A DNA stretch of 57,615 nt, counting the filler, from Diploschistes diacapsis (Eukaryota), in assembly GCA_023645945.1 (NCBI GenBank). It is 6 parts of 6 records of this genome, joined end to end, with 100 filler letters (N's around TTAATTAATTAA, not from the genome) between each part and the next. Parts side by side here need not be neighbours in the genome. Positions count along the whole stretch, not along the records: positions 38,506 to 48,013 come from JALAIB010001034.1; positions 48,114 to 57,615 come from JALAIB010001035.1; 4 more parts are not named here. One strand, written 5' to 3'. The notes under the pieces are model-generated. The model did no database searches. It saw only the letters and a list, made by a program, of their open reading frames with translations, and had not been told where the DNA came from. Shown here piece by piece: positions 45,501-56,798 of the stretch (positions within the stretch are counted from its first letter, which is position 1; each line of letters opens with the position of its first letter). The translations under genes and the position numbers were made by a program.

Positions 45501-47686
45501 TGTCGAAAGAGGGTGAGCGACCAGCAAAGCAGCAAAGACTTGGAGGAGAGGCGTCAGATCCTGCAGCCGAGATTCAAGAATCACAAGAAGCATCCGCTGT
45601 TGAAGCAACAACTGTTGATACATCGGCTGCGGTTCAATCCGGAGGTGATACGGTTGCTCAAGAGACATGCGAGGAGAAACCCATACCTGAGTGGAAGCGG
45701 CGGCTAGACGGCTATCAATATAGGCGAGTCAACGGCGCTCTCAAGGTAGCTACAGGTGTAGATCTTGGAGACAGTCGGGCAAGACAGAACCTCGCGAACC
45801 CCTTACTAAGACCACAAATACTGGCAGAGTCGCTCAATGCCGCCCAGATCGAGAAAGCCAAGAAATTTGTGGCTGAGAAAGGCCAGATCAGTGAGATGAC
45901 GATGGATTGGTGGAACGGCCAGTGGAAGACCGCTCTCAAGGCAATAGACCTGACGGAAGTCATCCAACGAATGTTGGAGCTACCGCAAAAGAAGATTGTG
46001 GTCGACTTAGACTGTTCTAAAGAGTCAGTGAAGCCGGCGGGCCCTTTAACACGCTTATCAGAAGCGCGGGCCAACATGCCTAAAGTTGATATCTTCCAAG
46101 AAATTCTGGCCGAAGTGAAGTCCGACCACGAGAGCGGGTACTTCCGTAAGACTTACGAGAATATGTCGCCTGAGGACCGTGAACTATACAAGCTGAATGT
46201 AGCATACAAGGGTCTCGGACGGCTCATAGCACTCTCCGAGAAGGACTCACAAGAGGCTAAGGCAGTTTCCGAGCAGCTCTTAGCACGACAGGCCACACCT
46301 GACTGGACAGGAGCGCCGCCGGAGATAATTCAGAAGCAGCAGGCAGCAGCGGCGAGGGAGTTGGAAGAGCAGCTTCGAGCAGCAGAGCGGTCGGCGGCAG
46401 CAGAGGCCTCGGCGGAGAAGGAGAGTTCAGCCGCAAAAAAGAGAGAACTCGCCAAAGCAGCTCGTGAGCGGAAGAAGGCAGAGAACGAGGCGGAAAAGGA
46501 GGCGGAAGAGAAGGCGGCAAAGGAGGCAGGAAATGAGGCGGACAAGGAAGTTCAGCTTGTCGTTGCGTTGTCTGATAGCGAAAATGCCGAAGCACTGCCA
46601 GAGTCCGTGCTGGCCGAGCCTGTATCTTCGACCGTGCCTGCCGATACCACTGACCCAAAGTCCGCTTGTCATGGTGACAACGACAATGCACAGCTCCATG
46701 AGATTCAAGGTGACCCTGCAGACTGGGGCGAGTTGGAGATCGACATGGATCCACCAACCAAAGGATCCTTGAAGCAGCAGGCGGAGACTCAGCACGCCGA
46801 TGAAGAAGAATTGGATGGAGAAGCATTGGAGAGAGCGTTTGAGGAAGCGTTGGCAGCGACGGACAACGAGGAAGAAGCCATGCAAGCAGAAAATCCTCAG
46901 CCAGAGGTCTCTCAACCAGAGAGCGCCAGCCGTCAAAGTCGTGGCAGTGATCGTGGTCGTGGACGCGGCGGCAGAAAGGGGGCTAGCAAGAAGGAGAAGA
47001 CGAATCATCCGCTCGGCATCAATGATAAAGGGAAGCCGCCAAAGGTGACGAAGAGGCGAGGCGATCTGAAGGCCAGCAGGAGGGGTGGCAGGGGTGGCAT
47101 GCCAGCCAAGAAAGGCAGGAAACCTGCCATTGCGCAGGAAGCCCTGGCGTCTGTCGGAGAGTCGTCGCCCGCCGACATGAGTGTCGCGGGTTCAACCCCC
47201 AATACGGCTATTCTCGACAGGGCCACCCCCAATACCTCCCTCCTGGAGTACCAGACGCCGGACACATCAGTGAATGAACCCTCGCCCAATTGTCCTCACG
47301 ATGCGGATTCCGACTCCGATGCCATCTCCTGGGTGTCTACCGAATCGGACGAGGACGAGCCAGAGAAGCCGAAGTATCGACCTCGTAACCCCCGACAAGT
47401 GCCGGAGCCAAAACGACCTTCTCCTCCCCCGTCTCCTTCCCCAGCGCTGGTGGCGGTTCCGGACAGCCTAGCCACTCAAGCACGCAAGCTCCGTGAGAAG
47501 GAGGCGGGCCAACAGAACGCAGAGATAGAGCGAGAGGAAGAAGAGAGGGAGCCGGGGGAGGGAAGGAAGCGGGAGGAGGATGAAAGGAAGAAGGGGCAGG
47601 CGGAGGCGAAAACAGGGGAGGACGGTGATCTCGACTCGTTGTTCGGCGATGATGAGGATGCCGATGGGTACTTCGGTGTTGATTAG
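42542..47686 (+). CDS. Large intronless hypothetical protein (1714 aa), N/Q/S-rich, internal repeats, NLS-like and RGG motifs, acidic tail
   Basis: 5.1-kb uninterrupted ORF; 180-nt internal repeats; RPKKKQRRK, GKRKR, RGRGRGG. No known domain recognised. Confidence 0.75.
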   Translation: MFCDTDAEFNQLSDASMQQSLSLPSTSANQPNPGRGFDASNLFPNTHLFDNTPNFDNFIPTAHESNVEFDSLMVEGKERNRRQQDFTKYFPMEDLVHNNATHGTNVILGNSPDWDHLFPVAQQSTGAHSTQVQNAGQQNFSNTPIYNNYYNNVMYGNSGSINNGLDICGYSPVTPRSERFQDSQLLLRQENTGNGQYGVSENTSIQSPNQNRRVDGTSNTTSSGSYLNNLIPVTQSSIGPQNTSTLRVQGRQASGQHGVSQNTSIQNPDRNRTAYGTNNLHLNALGSVTQNSATLLGSLASPFQNLPGSTQHGFSEHAPAQRPSRNISVCGIKSLINNGVHLDDFSSTRNSSGLHNLTAPTLQNGRDSREQVFSYYTPIQGFDHNQTVRGTADHTGNVQTLNVLSQRTQGSRRPHNQPLPPFQNYQGHPRQASFNHSPVQNVTPNPNLQRCMLPSSGVPANGNSAVNGRSGFPSNARNPFTRPSMTAGPGLRYAPNASTRSSMISSPGITSSGSVVPANLSRCYGGDQIINSGNTTYCQPRTITRDEAAQASQIRNRTSQRRGTNALSTTSGQHGMRTDAEAAQAFREWQIKNQGYRTDVPNLMSQRTFNVSNAQPVQALQNQRRTNHGPRTDAPNVMLTQPSLSSDAQPAGGVQEGQTQSKGFFDGDPMFEIRQTYGSHMQVITTAALQKARASTNPMQQQASKKPGPGSRTQRSTSVIPHIPQPPINPMQSDKSAAPRRSRASENPKRPRASVTPNILQTPSNGTQSSTFATPNPPQSSGQAVQSNASATHSIPQTSIDPVPPSISRVPNQESSSGIIDLTSDEVLLTNDNSWPSHIEVDALPENSVQLSGTQENAIAPSGTTFGNQDGVLSSTQNLNESHNPPTQHLQSLPPTQVTSSNRANKRPLEAPDTPIDTRPKKKQRRKESKWSTGDAQASSTEQFSGSSMNANVSNEVPTARGGGKRKRTEDEPKTTASTETGEQNDMSKEGERPAKQQRLGGEASDPAAEIQESQEASAVEATTVDTSAAVQSGGDTVAQETCEEKPIPEWKRRLDGYQYRRVNGALKVATGVDLGDSRARQNLANPLLRPQILAESLNAAQIEKAKKFVAEKGQISEMTMDWWNGQWKTALKAIDLTEVIQRMLELPQKKIVVDLDCSKESVKPAGPLTRLSEARANMPKVDIFQEILAEVKSDHESGYFRKTYENMSPEDRELYKLNVAYKGLGRLIALSEKDSQEAKAVSEQLLARQATPDWTGAPPEIIQKQQAAAARELEEQLRAAERSAAAEASAEKESSAAKKRELAKAARERKKAENEAEKEAEEKAAKEAGNEADKEVQLVVALSDSENAEALPESVLAEPVSSTVPADTTDPKSACHGDNDNAQLHEIQGDPADWGELEIDMDPPTKGSLKQQAETQHADEEELDGEALERAFEEALAATDNEEEAMQAENPQPEVSQPESASRQSRGSDRGRGRGGRKGASKKEKTNHPLGINDKGKPPKVTKRRGDLKASRRGGRGGMPAKKGRKPAIAQEALASVGESSPADMSVAGSTPNTAILDRATPNTSLLEYQTPDTSVNEPSPNCPHDADSDSDAISWVSTESDEDEPEKPKYRPRNPRQVPEPKRPSPPPSPSPALVAVPDSLATQARKLREKEAGQQNAEIEREEEEREPGEGRKREEDERKKGQAEAKTGEDGDLDSLFGDDEDADGYFGVD

Positions 47687-48013
47687 GGAGTACCCAAGGT
47701 TCTCGGAGCAGTGTATAGATAGGATGGTACCAGATTGTTTTCCCGCGTGTGTTCTTTTCGATGGATTTGAAGCAGCCAGGTTGTTTTCCTTAGCAGGCAG
47801 AAAGACGAGCCTTTATCACGATCAGGCTCGGATATCATGTCTGACGCTGTGCTCCTGCTCTATCTTAGCTTCATCAACCCTCCCCAGCACAGTAAGTCCA
47901 GGCCAAAGCTCACCCCGAAAAACACCTTTCCAAAGCATGCCCTCTAGCACCCCAACAAGCTCCCCATCGTCTTTCCTTCCCCCAACCCTCAATCCTCCTA
48001 ACTCCTCCTCCCC

Positions 48014-48113
48014 NNNNNNNNNNNNNNNNNNNNNNNNNNNNNNNNNNNNNNNNNNNNTTAATTAATTAANNNNNNNNNNNNNNNNNNNNNNNNNNNNNNN
48101 NNNNNNNNNNNNN
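48014..48113. other. Artificial contig linker
   Basis: N44-TTAATTAATTAA-N44. Confidence 0.98.
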
Positions 48114-48562
48114 TGATTCGAATGGTGATATTTGTTTTAAAGGAGCGTGGGTGTAAAAAAACTTATAATAAACATCACTTGAAAGACCCGCAAAAAGGGC
48201 GTAAAGGCTAATGGTAAAATATATATTTATTTCGGTCACAATAACTGCTCTGCAGTGGGCATATATCAAGTAGTGACAGCACGTTCTTAATTGTGGATAC
48301 TGTTGTACGCTAGCATGGTTCGGTATCAAGGCGACGAGATAACATAAATCACAATCTTACTCACGTAACGTTATACTTTTTAGAAATGAAGCCTAAAAAT
48401 GATTGGTGGGAAGGAGAGCTGGATGGAGTCGCCGGGAGCTATCTTGCCCGATACTAACTGCAGCGTAGTAACAGCTCCCCACCTTTAGGTTAGGTGCTTA
48501 GGCTCGAGTATTATTCTTTGACTACTTAAAACATAATCTCTCCACCTTAAACCCGCTTCTTT

Positions 48563-50405
48563 ATGTCCAACATGGACTACTCGCACCTTGCTCACGATCC
48601 TGATCACCCGGAAGGTACCTCACCATGGAACACGTCGCCTCGACAATCTGCTCCAACAAGCTTTAGTGCTAGTGAGGATCAGCCGCCCTCCCTTTTACCG
48701 AACGCCACCGCACATCCGAACGGTTCCACTGATCAAGAAGGCTTCCGGGCTGATGAACATGGCGATACCGACAGACAGCGAGTGCAGGATACTGGGTATG
48801 GCGTACGAGCAGATGCGCCGAAGGGAATACGAATAGCGGAGGAGTCTTCTGGCGGTCCTATACTGAATGGAAACCCACGCTCAACTCAAAAGGAGATTAA
48901 CACCCGAGCGGCGGCTCCAGTGCGTTACCAAGGTGGAATTCGCACACAAAAGCCTACGATGCCACAACAAAAATTGCACGCTAAGATTACAGGCCTTGAG
49001 CGGACGGGAAGGAAAGATCCAATATTGAGATTTGACGTACACACCAATCTTCCCAAATTCCGAACCACGCAATTTCGCGATGTACGGCGCACTCACTCGG
49101 AATTTATCAAACTGGCCGAACATTTGATATCATCGAACCCAGAGGCTTTCGTTCCAGCAGTACCGCTGGCCGTCACGTCTGCCGGTGCCGGCACCGATGA
49201 CGACGAAGCTCGCGTTAGAGGCTCCATGCAAAGATGGCTTAATTATGTTTGTTCGAACGAGGTGCTGATGCGGGATGATGAGATGATTCTGTTCGTGGAG
49301 AGTGACTTCGGTTACAGCCCAGTTATTCGCATGAAGCAGCCTGCGACTGGCGTAAGAAGGAAGATGATAAAGCAGCTGGCCCCTCCACCAGACGATACAC
49401 CAGAGCTTTTCGAAGCTCGGCCAATTGTGAAACGGTTTTACTTGGGAACAATGGATACAGGCCAGAAGGTTGACAAAATCGTTAAAGCACGCAGAGGTAT
49501 GAAGCCTACATAACATGCCATATAATGAGCTGACGAAAACAGGCCTTGGCCTTGCCGAGTCTGATTTGGGCGTCAAGCTCTCCCAAATGCATGTGCAGGA
49601 GATCCACCCCGGGCTTTCCAATGCATATCGTAAACTGGGTCGCACAATACAAGCAATTGGTGACTATCATGCAGCGCAGGGTACTGGCGAGGCCACAACT
49701 CTGGCCGACCCATTGAACTACCACTCTAACGATGCTCTGATTGTGAAAGAAACACTCACCAATCGCCACATCCTTCTTCGCGATCTTCTCTCAGCCCAGG
49801 CAGCAACGCGCTCAAGGCTTTCCGCAGCTGATCGTATCAAGTCATCGAGCTCCGTCCGGCGAGACAAAGTTGACGAAGCAATATCCGCCCTCGACGAAGC
49901 AAAATCTCACGAGCAGTACCTCGGGCAAAAGACCCAGCGAGTGACAGCCAATCTCTTGATGGAGAAGCGGAAGTGGTTCTTGCGCACGGCTGAGGATCTC
50001 CGGGCAAGTGTAAGGGAATATGTCTTACGGGAAATAGAAGCAGAACGCAGGTCACTAGCGACTTTAGAATCAATCAGAGCGGACATCAGAGCAATAGACG
50101 CATCTGGCGGTCTGTCTCGCCTTGGCCGTGAAGCACACCCGGCGGTGCGACGAACAAGTCTCGCATCCAGTCAGGGACCAAAAGGCGACGCCTGGAGCGG
50201 TGTCCAGAGAAGAGGTGATGCGCTTAGCCGAAGTGTAAGTGGTGGATTTGGGGGTACCACACCACTGCCCGAGGATGTCGAGGGTGAGGACAACGCCACC
50301 AAGAGCGCAGTCACCAGGAGCATAGGGAAGCAAAAGGACGAAGACGATCTGGACAGGGTGGATGCGAGAAACGCCGCTAGTCGATTAGCTACGAGCACTT
50401 TTTGA
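48563..50405 (+). CDS. VPS17: Retromer PX-BAR subunit Vps17; exons 48563-49496 and 49543-50405
   Basis: KITGLERTGRKDPILRFDVHTNLPKFRTTQFRDVRRTHSEF (PX), FVESDFGYSP, KETLTNRH, SGGLSRLGRE, VDARNAASRL; 46-nt intron 49497-49542 with GCTGAC branch site. Confidence 0.93.
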
Positions 50406-50645
50406 AAGTCCGGGTTGATGAGTATTCTCTGAAGCTACTTAGGTATCGTCCACTGCAACTATAGCACGGGCCTTTATGCCTCATCGACCATCCGGGAGAA
50501 CTCAAAGTACGTGGGAGCATCAACTCATGCCGTGATATCCCCGTTAACCCACACCGTCGCTGAAAGTAAACCCAGATTTACATCATAAATGTGCCAGACG
50601 TGACGGAAGTAAATTCTTTCCACGTACACCTCTTTCTCTTTTCAC

Positions 50646-53600
50646 TTATGATCCCTTGTTCTCCGTTAGGCCATCCGTCGTTCCACGGCTATACCTGCCC
50701 TTCTGAGCTTTCTGCTTCAGAAGCTTGAGCTTGTCCTCTGTAAGCTTTATAGCCCAGTCAACCTCTCGCTCGCTCATCAGTCTACTCTCACTAGCGAAAC
50801 CCTCTAGGATCCGGCTCCTATCAGCCTCCGCGTGCTTGCTTCTGTCAGCATTGCTGCGGCCTTTCTCTGTCGGAAACGTCCCGCTCTCGCTCATCCCTAC
50901 CCGATCCTCGAGCCATGCCCAAAGAGCCGCCTCTTCGCTATGCCAAAGTTCCTCATACGCGGCCAGCCTTTGCGCAGAGTTGGGTTTGAAAGTGGGGAAG
51001 CTCTGTTGAGGAATATGGCTGCGGTACCGTGAGTTACGGAACCAAGATATTATGAGAAGGAATAGAAGCAGGCCGATCAGGCTCTGCAGACTGAAAAGGG
51101 GTTTGCAGGTTGCTACAATGGGACCAAATCGCTTATGGACAGGTTCTAGAAGACCCCAGTCTGATGTCCTAATTTGTGATAGGCCCTCTGCAGGCGCAGA
51201 TTTGAGTGCATCGCCATCGCTTCTCCTCTTTCGTACTTTCTTCCCTCTAGACGTAGAGGTCAAATTTCTCGCTCTAGCAGAAAGGCCGGCTCGAAGTGCT
51301 TTAACAAGATCATTCGCGTAGGTAATCTGGCCGTCGTTTGCACCTTTTTCAATTGCACCTAAAAGTCCCGGATCAGCTCGTCAACAAGTCTCATTAGCGC
51401 GGATTCGCATACCTTTGATCCAGCTTTTGCCTGTCCATTCCAGGGCAAAACACATAATTATTCTTGTGCCGTTGTTGGGACCCCACATGAAGCAATATCT
51501 TGTCTTCGTACAGAACATATTGCCGCTTGGCACATCAGGTGTTTGGGTGGTTACTGTGACACTGATAGCTTTTTCCAAGTCATAAGCATCGAGTTGCTCA
51601 GTTATCAGGCACTTTGTTGTTTTTGGACCAAGCGGTGCAGTTAGTGGCTTAATATAGGCATATGAACGCGCGCGCTTGTCTTCGGTCAGCCCCTTTTTGT
51701 CGTCTTCCATCTGCAGATCCGTCACTTTCACATCGTCCATAAGCCACCTTGACATGAATCCACCCGAAGCTGCCCCAAAAACCATGGCGTAAACTTTGCC
51801 AAGGGGAGCTGGAATGACTTCATCTTTGAGGAGCTTGTCGTAGTGGGTGGCAGAATCTGCGCACTCAGTAGGGGCATGTGCAGCAGGTCCTGGAAAATCT
51901 GTGCTCCCAGCCGCTACGTTGACAGCTCTCTCGCCAGCCTTTTGATCACCTAGCACCGGGCCCATGCCAGCAGCATGACCAGCAGCAACACCCACCATAG
52001 CTGATGGCTTCCTTGTTCCAGCAGCCTTGGGCACGGTCTCACCTGCGTCGCTTCCCGCTAAACTAGCTTCTCTTGTGTCTGACGTACCGATTGAGCCGTC
52101 GACTCCAGAATCATCGTCATCCTCATCGTAAATCTCGCCACTCTCGACAGAGCCCTCGCTACCATCCGTCGCTTCGTCCAAGTCAACCTTCTCTGTCTTA
52201 GAGCCTGTACCGGTAGCAAGTCGGACGCCGTTCTCCGAACTTTGCAAGCCAGGATGGTTAATCTTCCAGATTCCGATAATGAGATCATAGGTAGCGTCTC
52301 TACTTAGAAGACTTCGAAATGTGTGTCGGGCATGCAGTGTCTGTACGGCAATGGCGTTGGCAAACAGCATAGCCGTGCTTTCCTTCTCAACTGATACGAC
52401 CTCATCGAAACTGATGACCAAGGTCGTGACCCAGCCAAGAATATTGCTGGAAAAGCAGATGTGGCCTTCTGATATGTATATTCTTCCCGCGAGAATGATG
52501 TCACGCTGAAGTGCGCAACTATAGTCCTCGATCAAGTAATCATCCTCGGGAACGCTTCGAAAAAACTGATGAAAGTCTTTATTCCGCTTCTTGTTGGCGA
52601 CCGCGAAGCCTGTGATTTTAGGAGCGCTAGCATTGGCTGGAGTTGTGAGCGCACTATAACTCGCCCCTATAGCTGCGCCAATTGTAGCCGCTCCCGTGCT
52701 AGAGCTGTTTCGATGCCTTCTAGTTCGTTTGCGTACTGAGCTCCTCAGACTCCCGCTTCGGAATATTCCACTATTGTCACTTTCAGGGATTATTCCGTTG
52801 CCAATGACTGGGACTTTTTCATCATCCTGGACAGAAGGCCCCGGAAGAGTTCCAATATCCTCAGCTACTGGAGTAGATGCAGGAAACTCCTGCACGCCAA
52901 TACCATAGGCTGCTGAGACGGCCCGGGCAGCGGATATACCTTCATTACGTGCAGCAGCTTCTTCATCGTGTATGACCGTATCACTTCGGCTTCTACCCGC
53001 GCCACTGTCAGACCCAGCGTCTGGTGGCGGGATAGAGCCAGTCGTGGATTGCGCATCTGTCGATAAGCCGAGGTGACCGAAGTTGAGGTCCCCTGAACCA
53101 ATGGTGTTAATTGCGGGTGCTTTGGAAATATCCATGTCTGGCTGCTCTTCAGGAACCGGACCCTCGCTCAATGCTACTTGGGAATCCTCCGGATTATCTT
53201 GGCCGAGCTTCTGGGATGTCGAACTTCGCGGCCGGACCGTATTGTTACTGAGAGTGCTCGATATGGTACTAGCAGCGTTCTGGGCAGCGCTGAAGACAGA
53301 AGAGAAAAACCCGTTGTTCGAGGATGTTGTGTTGCCCGAAGCATTCCGTAATCCTGGTGTCTTCATTTCTTCTAAAGTCGGGGTCAAGGGGACAGACATA
53401 ATTTGGGATAGCTTACTGGGTGTGTTGCTGTCAGATCTGATCCTTCTATGCGTTATCGTGTTACCTAACACGGGCGTGCTAACGTTGGGCCTGTTAGAGA
53501 CGGAGGTTAGACTGCGTCGTGGAGCAGTTACTGGTACAGCCGGTGAATTGTCGCCATTAACGGGAGTCGGTGGGGTGATGGTCGTATTTGGCGCATCCTT

Positions 53601-54566
53601 GGCGAGCGCCTTACCTATTGGAGAGTCTGGAATAGTGACAATGGAGGGAACACTTTGATTGCTTTTGCTCATGATATCGCCGGAGACGTGGATACCCGGC
53701 AGACTACCTGTGTCTGAGCCCTTGGACAGTCTCCGACTTGCCAGACTACCGCTGATTCTTGGGGCAGAGTCTTTAGGTTTGCTGATGGGAGATATGCTAC
53801 GGGAGCGATCGGAAGCTTCCCCAACCCCGAGATTCGTTGAAAGCATAGATGCTGTGCCTATATTGTCATCACGATTTCCAGGATTTGCTCCGTACGGGTC
53901 CGCTCGAGTATCGCCGGAAGATGAGGGGAGAGTTGTGGATTTGCTTAAAGGATGCATTGTTCGAGGCGACGGAGTATTCGTTGAGCTTAAGGCCGGAGAA
54001 GCTGTAACCGCAGCAGCTCTGATGCCGGGAGATGAAGACGTAAGATATCCAGCGTGCGATTCACGGCTAATAAGTGGAGGGGCGACAGAGCGGGTTGCTT
54101 GTCTGTAAGCAATTTGTGTCAGCCTGCTAAGCTTGTATATAGCGGTGTATTCAGGGAGGTCTTCAGACACTCACCCTTCATCTTCAGAGTCGGATGTTAA
54201 AAGGCTGCTGCGCTCATCGTTCAGAGTGCTGGCGCTCGGGCTTACCACAAGGCCACTATAGGGAGTTTTGGGTGTATCACTTCTGCCTCGGAGTTCCTCT
54301 ATACTCCCTTCTGCTTTGGGCTGAGATTTACGCCGTTTCTTATCCTTCAGCTTCCCGAGACCAGGTATTAGCTTAGATATTTTGCTATCTTCGATGTCGC
54401 TATTGTCTGTAGGTTCGGTGCGGAATCTGGTCTTTCCCACTATAGATTCGGTTGACCGAGTGGGACTGTCTGAGCCAAGGGTTGAAGTACCGTCGTCGCG
54501 GCCAGCTCGTTTTTTCTTCAAAATATTTTTTAGGCCACGAACGGGTGATTCGTCTTTTGTGTCCAT
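50646..54566 (-). CDS. GRAM (PH-like) + VASt/StARkin sterol transfer protein with C-terminal TM (LAM/Ltc family, Ysp2/Lam4-like), ~1264 aa; exons 54566-54175, 54102-51413, 51358-50646
   Basis: GRAM: KRNKDFHQFFRSVPEDDYLIEDYSCALQRDIILAGRIYIS. VASt: YIKPL, TQTPDVPSG, EWTGKSWIKGAIEKG after splicing. TM: LIGLLLFLLIISWF. Exons sum to 3795 nt in frame. Confidence 0.9.
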
Positions 54567-55134
54567 TGCCGACCAAGCAACGAACCACACATGGGAGCCT
54601 GAGAGCGTCTGACGGAGTGAGATGACGTGGAGCGGGCGAGTCGGCGAAGCTGCGGAGCAGAATGCCCGGCCTTGGTCTTCGCTTCCTTTATCGCGGCCGT
54701 AACTTGGGGGTGCTGGCTGCCATCTTCCTCCCCTGGCTAGCAGCGTCGAAGATTCCAAGAGAATGGAGCTGAATTTGTTTCATTCCTATGCGGCTATTAT
54801 TGCTGTAGGCGGAGCTTGACCCGAGATCTAGCGACAGAGTCCGTCATTGACCTCGGGAGTGTTCCCGCACCTGTACGAGCTAGTCTCAATTTGGTACTAC
54901 TGACCTTCAAAGGTTTCATTCATCGTCTGATCAGTAGGAGTAGAGCAAGCACTTCCTGGATACTGCCAGCGAGCCTGACATCCTGCTTATGGCCGTCCCT
55001 TAGAAAACAACTTCAGACCTCGTCTCTCTTACCAGTTTGTTGAGCAGCCTTCACCGAAACTATGCCGATAAGCTCAAGCAAGGTTTGAAAACATCAGTGC
55101 CTGTTCTTTGGCGCGAATACTTATGCGCTGGAGG

Positions 55135-56798
55135 ATGGAAGCAGCTCCACTCGTGCTTGTGAGTTACGCAATTGGATCTCTTATTTAACGTAGGCTGAAA
55201 TGCAGCTCAAGGCACATACACATGCCCGGAATGCCTCAGTTGAGACCCATAAATCTAACCCTATAGCTGCCAGCGAGGAACACGATCTCGCTGCTGGCGA
55301 GTTCGCTAGTGCAGCAAGCGGCACTTTAGATGCAGAAGTACGTCCACAGTCAGACAGCTCGTCGGCACTCGTCTCACAAGCCTAGGCTTTGAGGACGTTA
55401 AAACTTCTTGAGGCGCATCATTTGAAACTTGCAGAGCTCCTAAAAGTTGAACCAGAAAATGTCCATGCTCCAGCTTCAGCAACCTCGAGCACGGGGACCC
55501 TGCCCACAGCAGCCAATCCTTCAACCGATCGTCCGTTATCCGTGCCCAAGACTATCGAGGCTTCACCGCGTCACATTTCACGCAACCTGCATCCGCAAAT
55601 GCCGACTCAGCACCGAGAGCTATCCTCTTCTATAGCTAGTAACCTAGCATCCGCGCGAGGGATACCAGCTCATCGCACCCGGCGAGGAAACCAGTCTCCC
55701 GCACAGTTGTCCCCACATCATGCCGAAGGTAGAGTTCTCAAACCCGCGCGCAAGTCCAATCTGGGTGAAATTGAGACATCGGCGCCCCCACAGAATGAAA
55801 AATCGCAGCAACTTGCTTTCACCGCATCTGGCAATTCGCGTGCAAAGTCTCGACCACCGCCATTGGATCAGCCAGCAAACTTGGTGAGGCGAACAGCCCC
55901 CTCAGTTCCCCAAGCGCTTTCAGTAGCACCAGCCTCAGAAGATCCCTTCTCGCGATTTTATTCAACGTTTGGCAATCTGATTTCAACTCTGTCTGCTCCA
56001 CTGGCATTCGCAGGCCTTCCCCTGGGTTCCGATACCCCGTCAAACGTATTTGAAGGCGCTCCTAATAAACCAGCATCTCCATCTTCCTCCAGGGTTGCTG
56101 CTGATCCGGATCTTGCTCGGTACTTTTCTCGTGCGGCTCTCCGAGCTGTCCGTGACGAGCATGGTGGTTTGGGTGGCGTAGAATCCTTCTACGTCGTTCC
56201 AACCACTGGTGGGACTATGTCTTATGCCGGCATGCTGTCAAATACCCGCCAAGGGTCCAACGCGACGGAGGAAGACGAGACCGAATTTGTAGATGCCAGC
56301 GAGACCCCACAACCAGCTTCCCCCGGCATACCTCGGCAGCGAGAGCTCAAAGGTGGAAGTGGTAGCAGACAGCAGGTATTGAAAAGCGGCAAGACGTTGG
56401 AGGAGCTGGCTGTGGAGAATGAGACGTTGAAAACCGTAGTTCTGGACCTTGGCGACCGATTACGGGCATTCGAACTGGGAGCGCAAAGGTCAAGTCGTGC
56501 ATTGCATGCCAGCGTTCGCGGGCTCTCGTCTCCTACGGGTTCAGTAACTGCTGGAAGTGGAGCGCCACCGCTACCTGGCATTGAAGGCATGAAAGTGCTA
56601 CAGGAAAAGCTTAGGGAGAGCGAGGAAGAGATGAAGACGATCAGGAAGGAGAACAAGAGACTGGGCAGAGAAAATCAGAAACTCATTGGGGTAATCGAAA
56701 GGTATAGAGAAAGATGGGAGATGCTGAAGGTGAACGCTAGAGAAAGGGTCAAGGCAGACACACATCCTTCAAAGGCTCAGGGAGACTTGGAAGAGTGA
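55135..56798 (+). CDS. ATG38: Atg38/NRBF2-like protein (N-terminal MIT-like domain, C-terminal coiled coil), ~520 aa; exons 55135-55158, ~55212-55337, 55386-56798
   Basis: Spliced N-terminus MEAAPLVLAHTHARNA...EEHDLAAGEFASAASGTLDAEALRTLKLLEAHH follows the NRBF2 MIT pattern (PLxLAH...H..AA...A...L.L...H). C-terminal coiled coil RENQKL...YRERWEMLK. First acceptor ambiguous (55193, 55205 or 55211, all in frame). Confidence 0.72.

Noticed and set aside
9532..48113. Regularly spaced TTAATTAATTAA as a biological repeat or CRISPR-like array, and ORFs ending in XXXLIN
   Set aside because: Artificial linker embedded in N runs; the spacing reflects length-sorted contigs.
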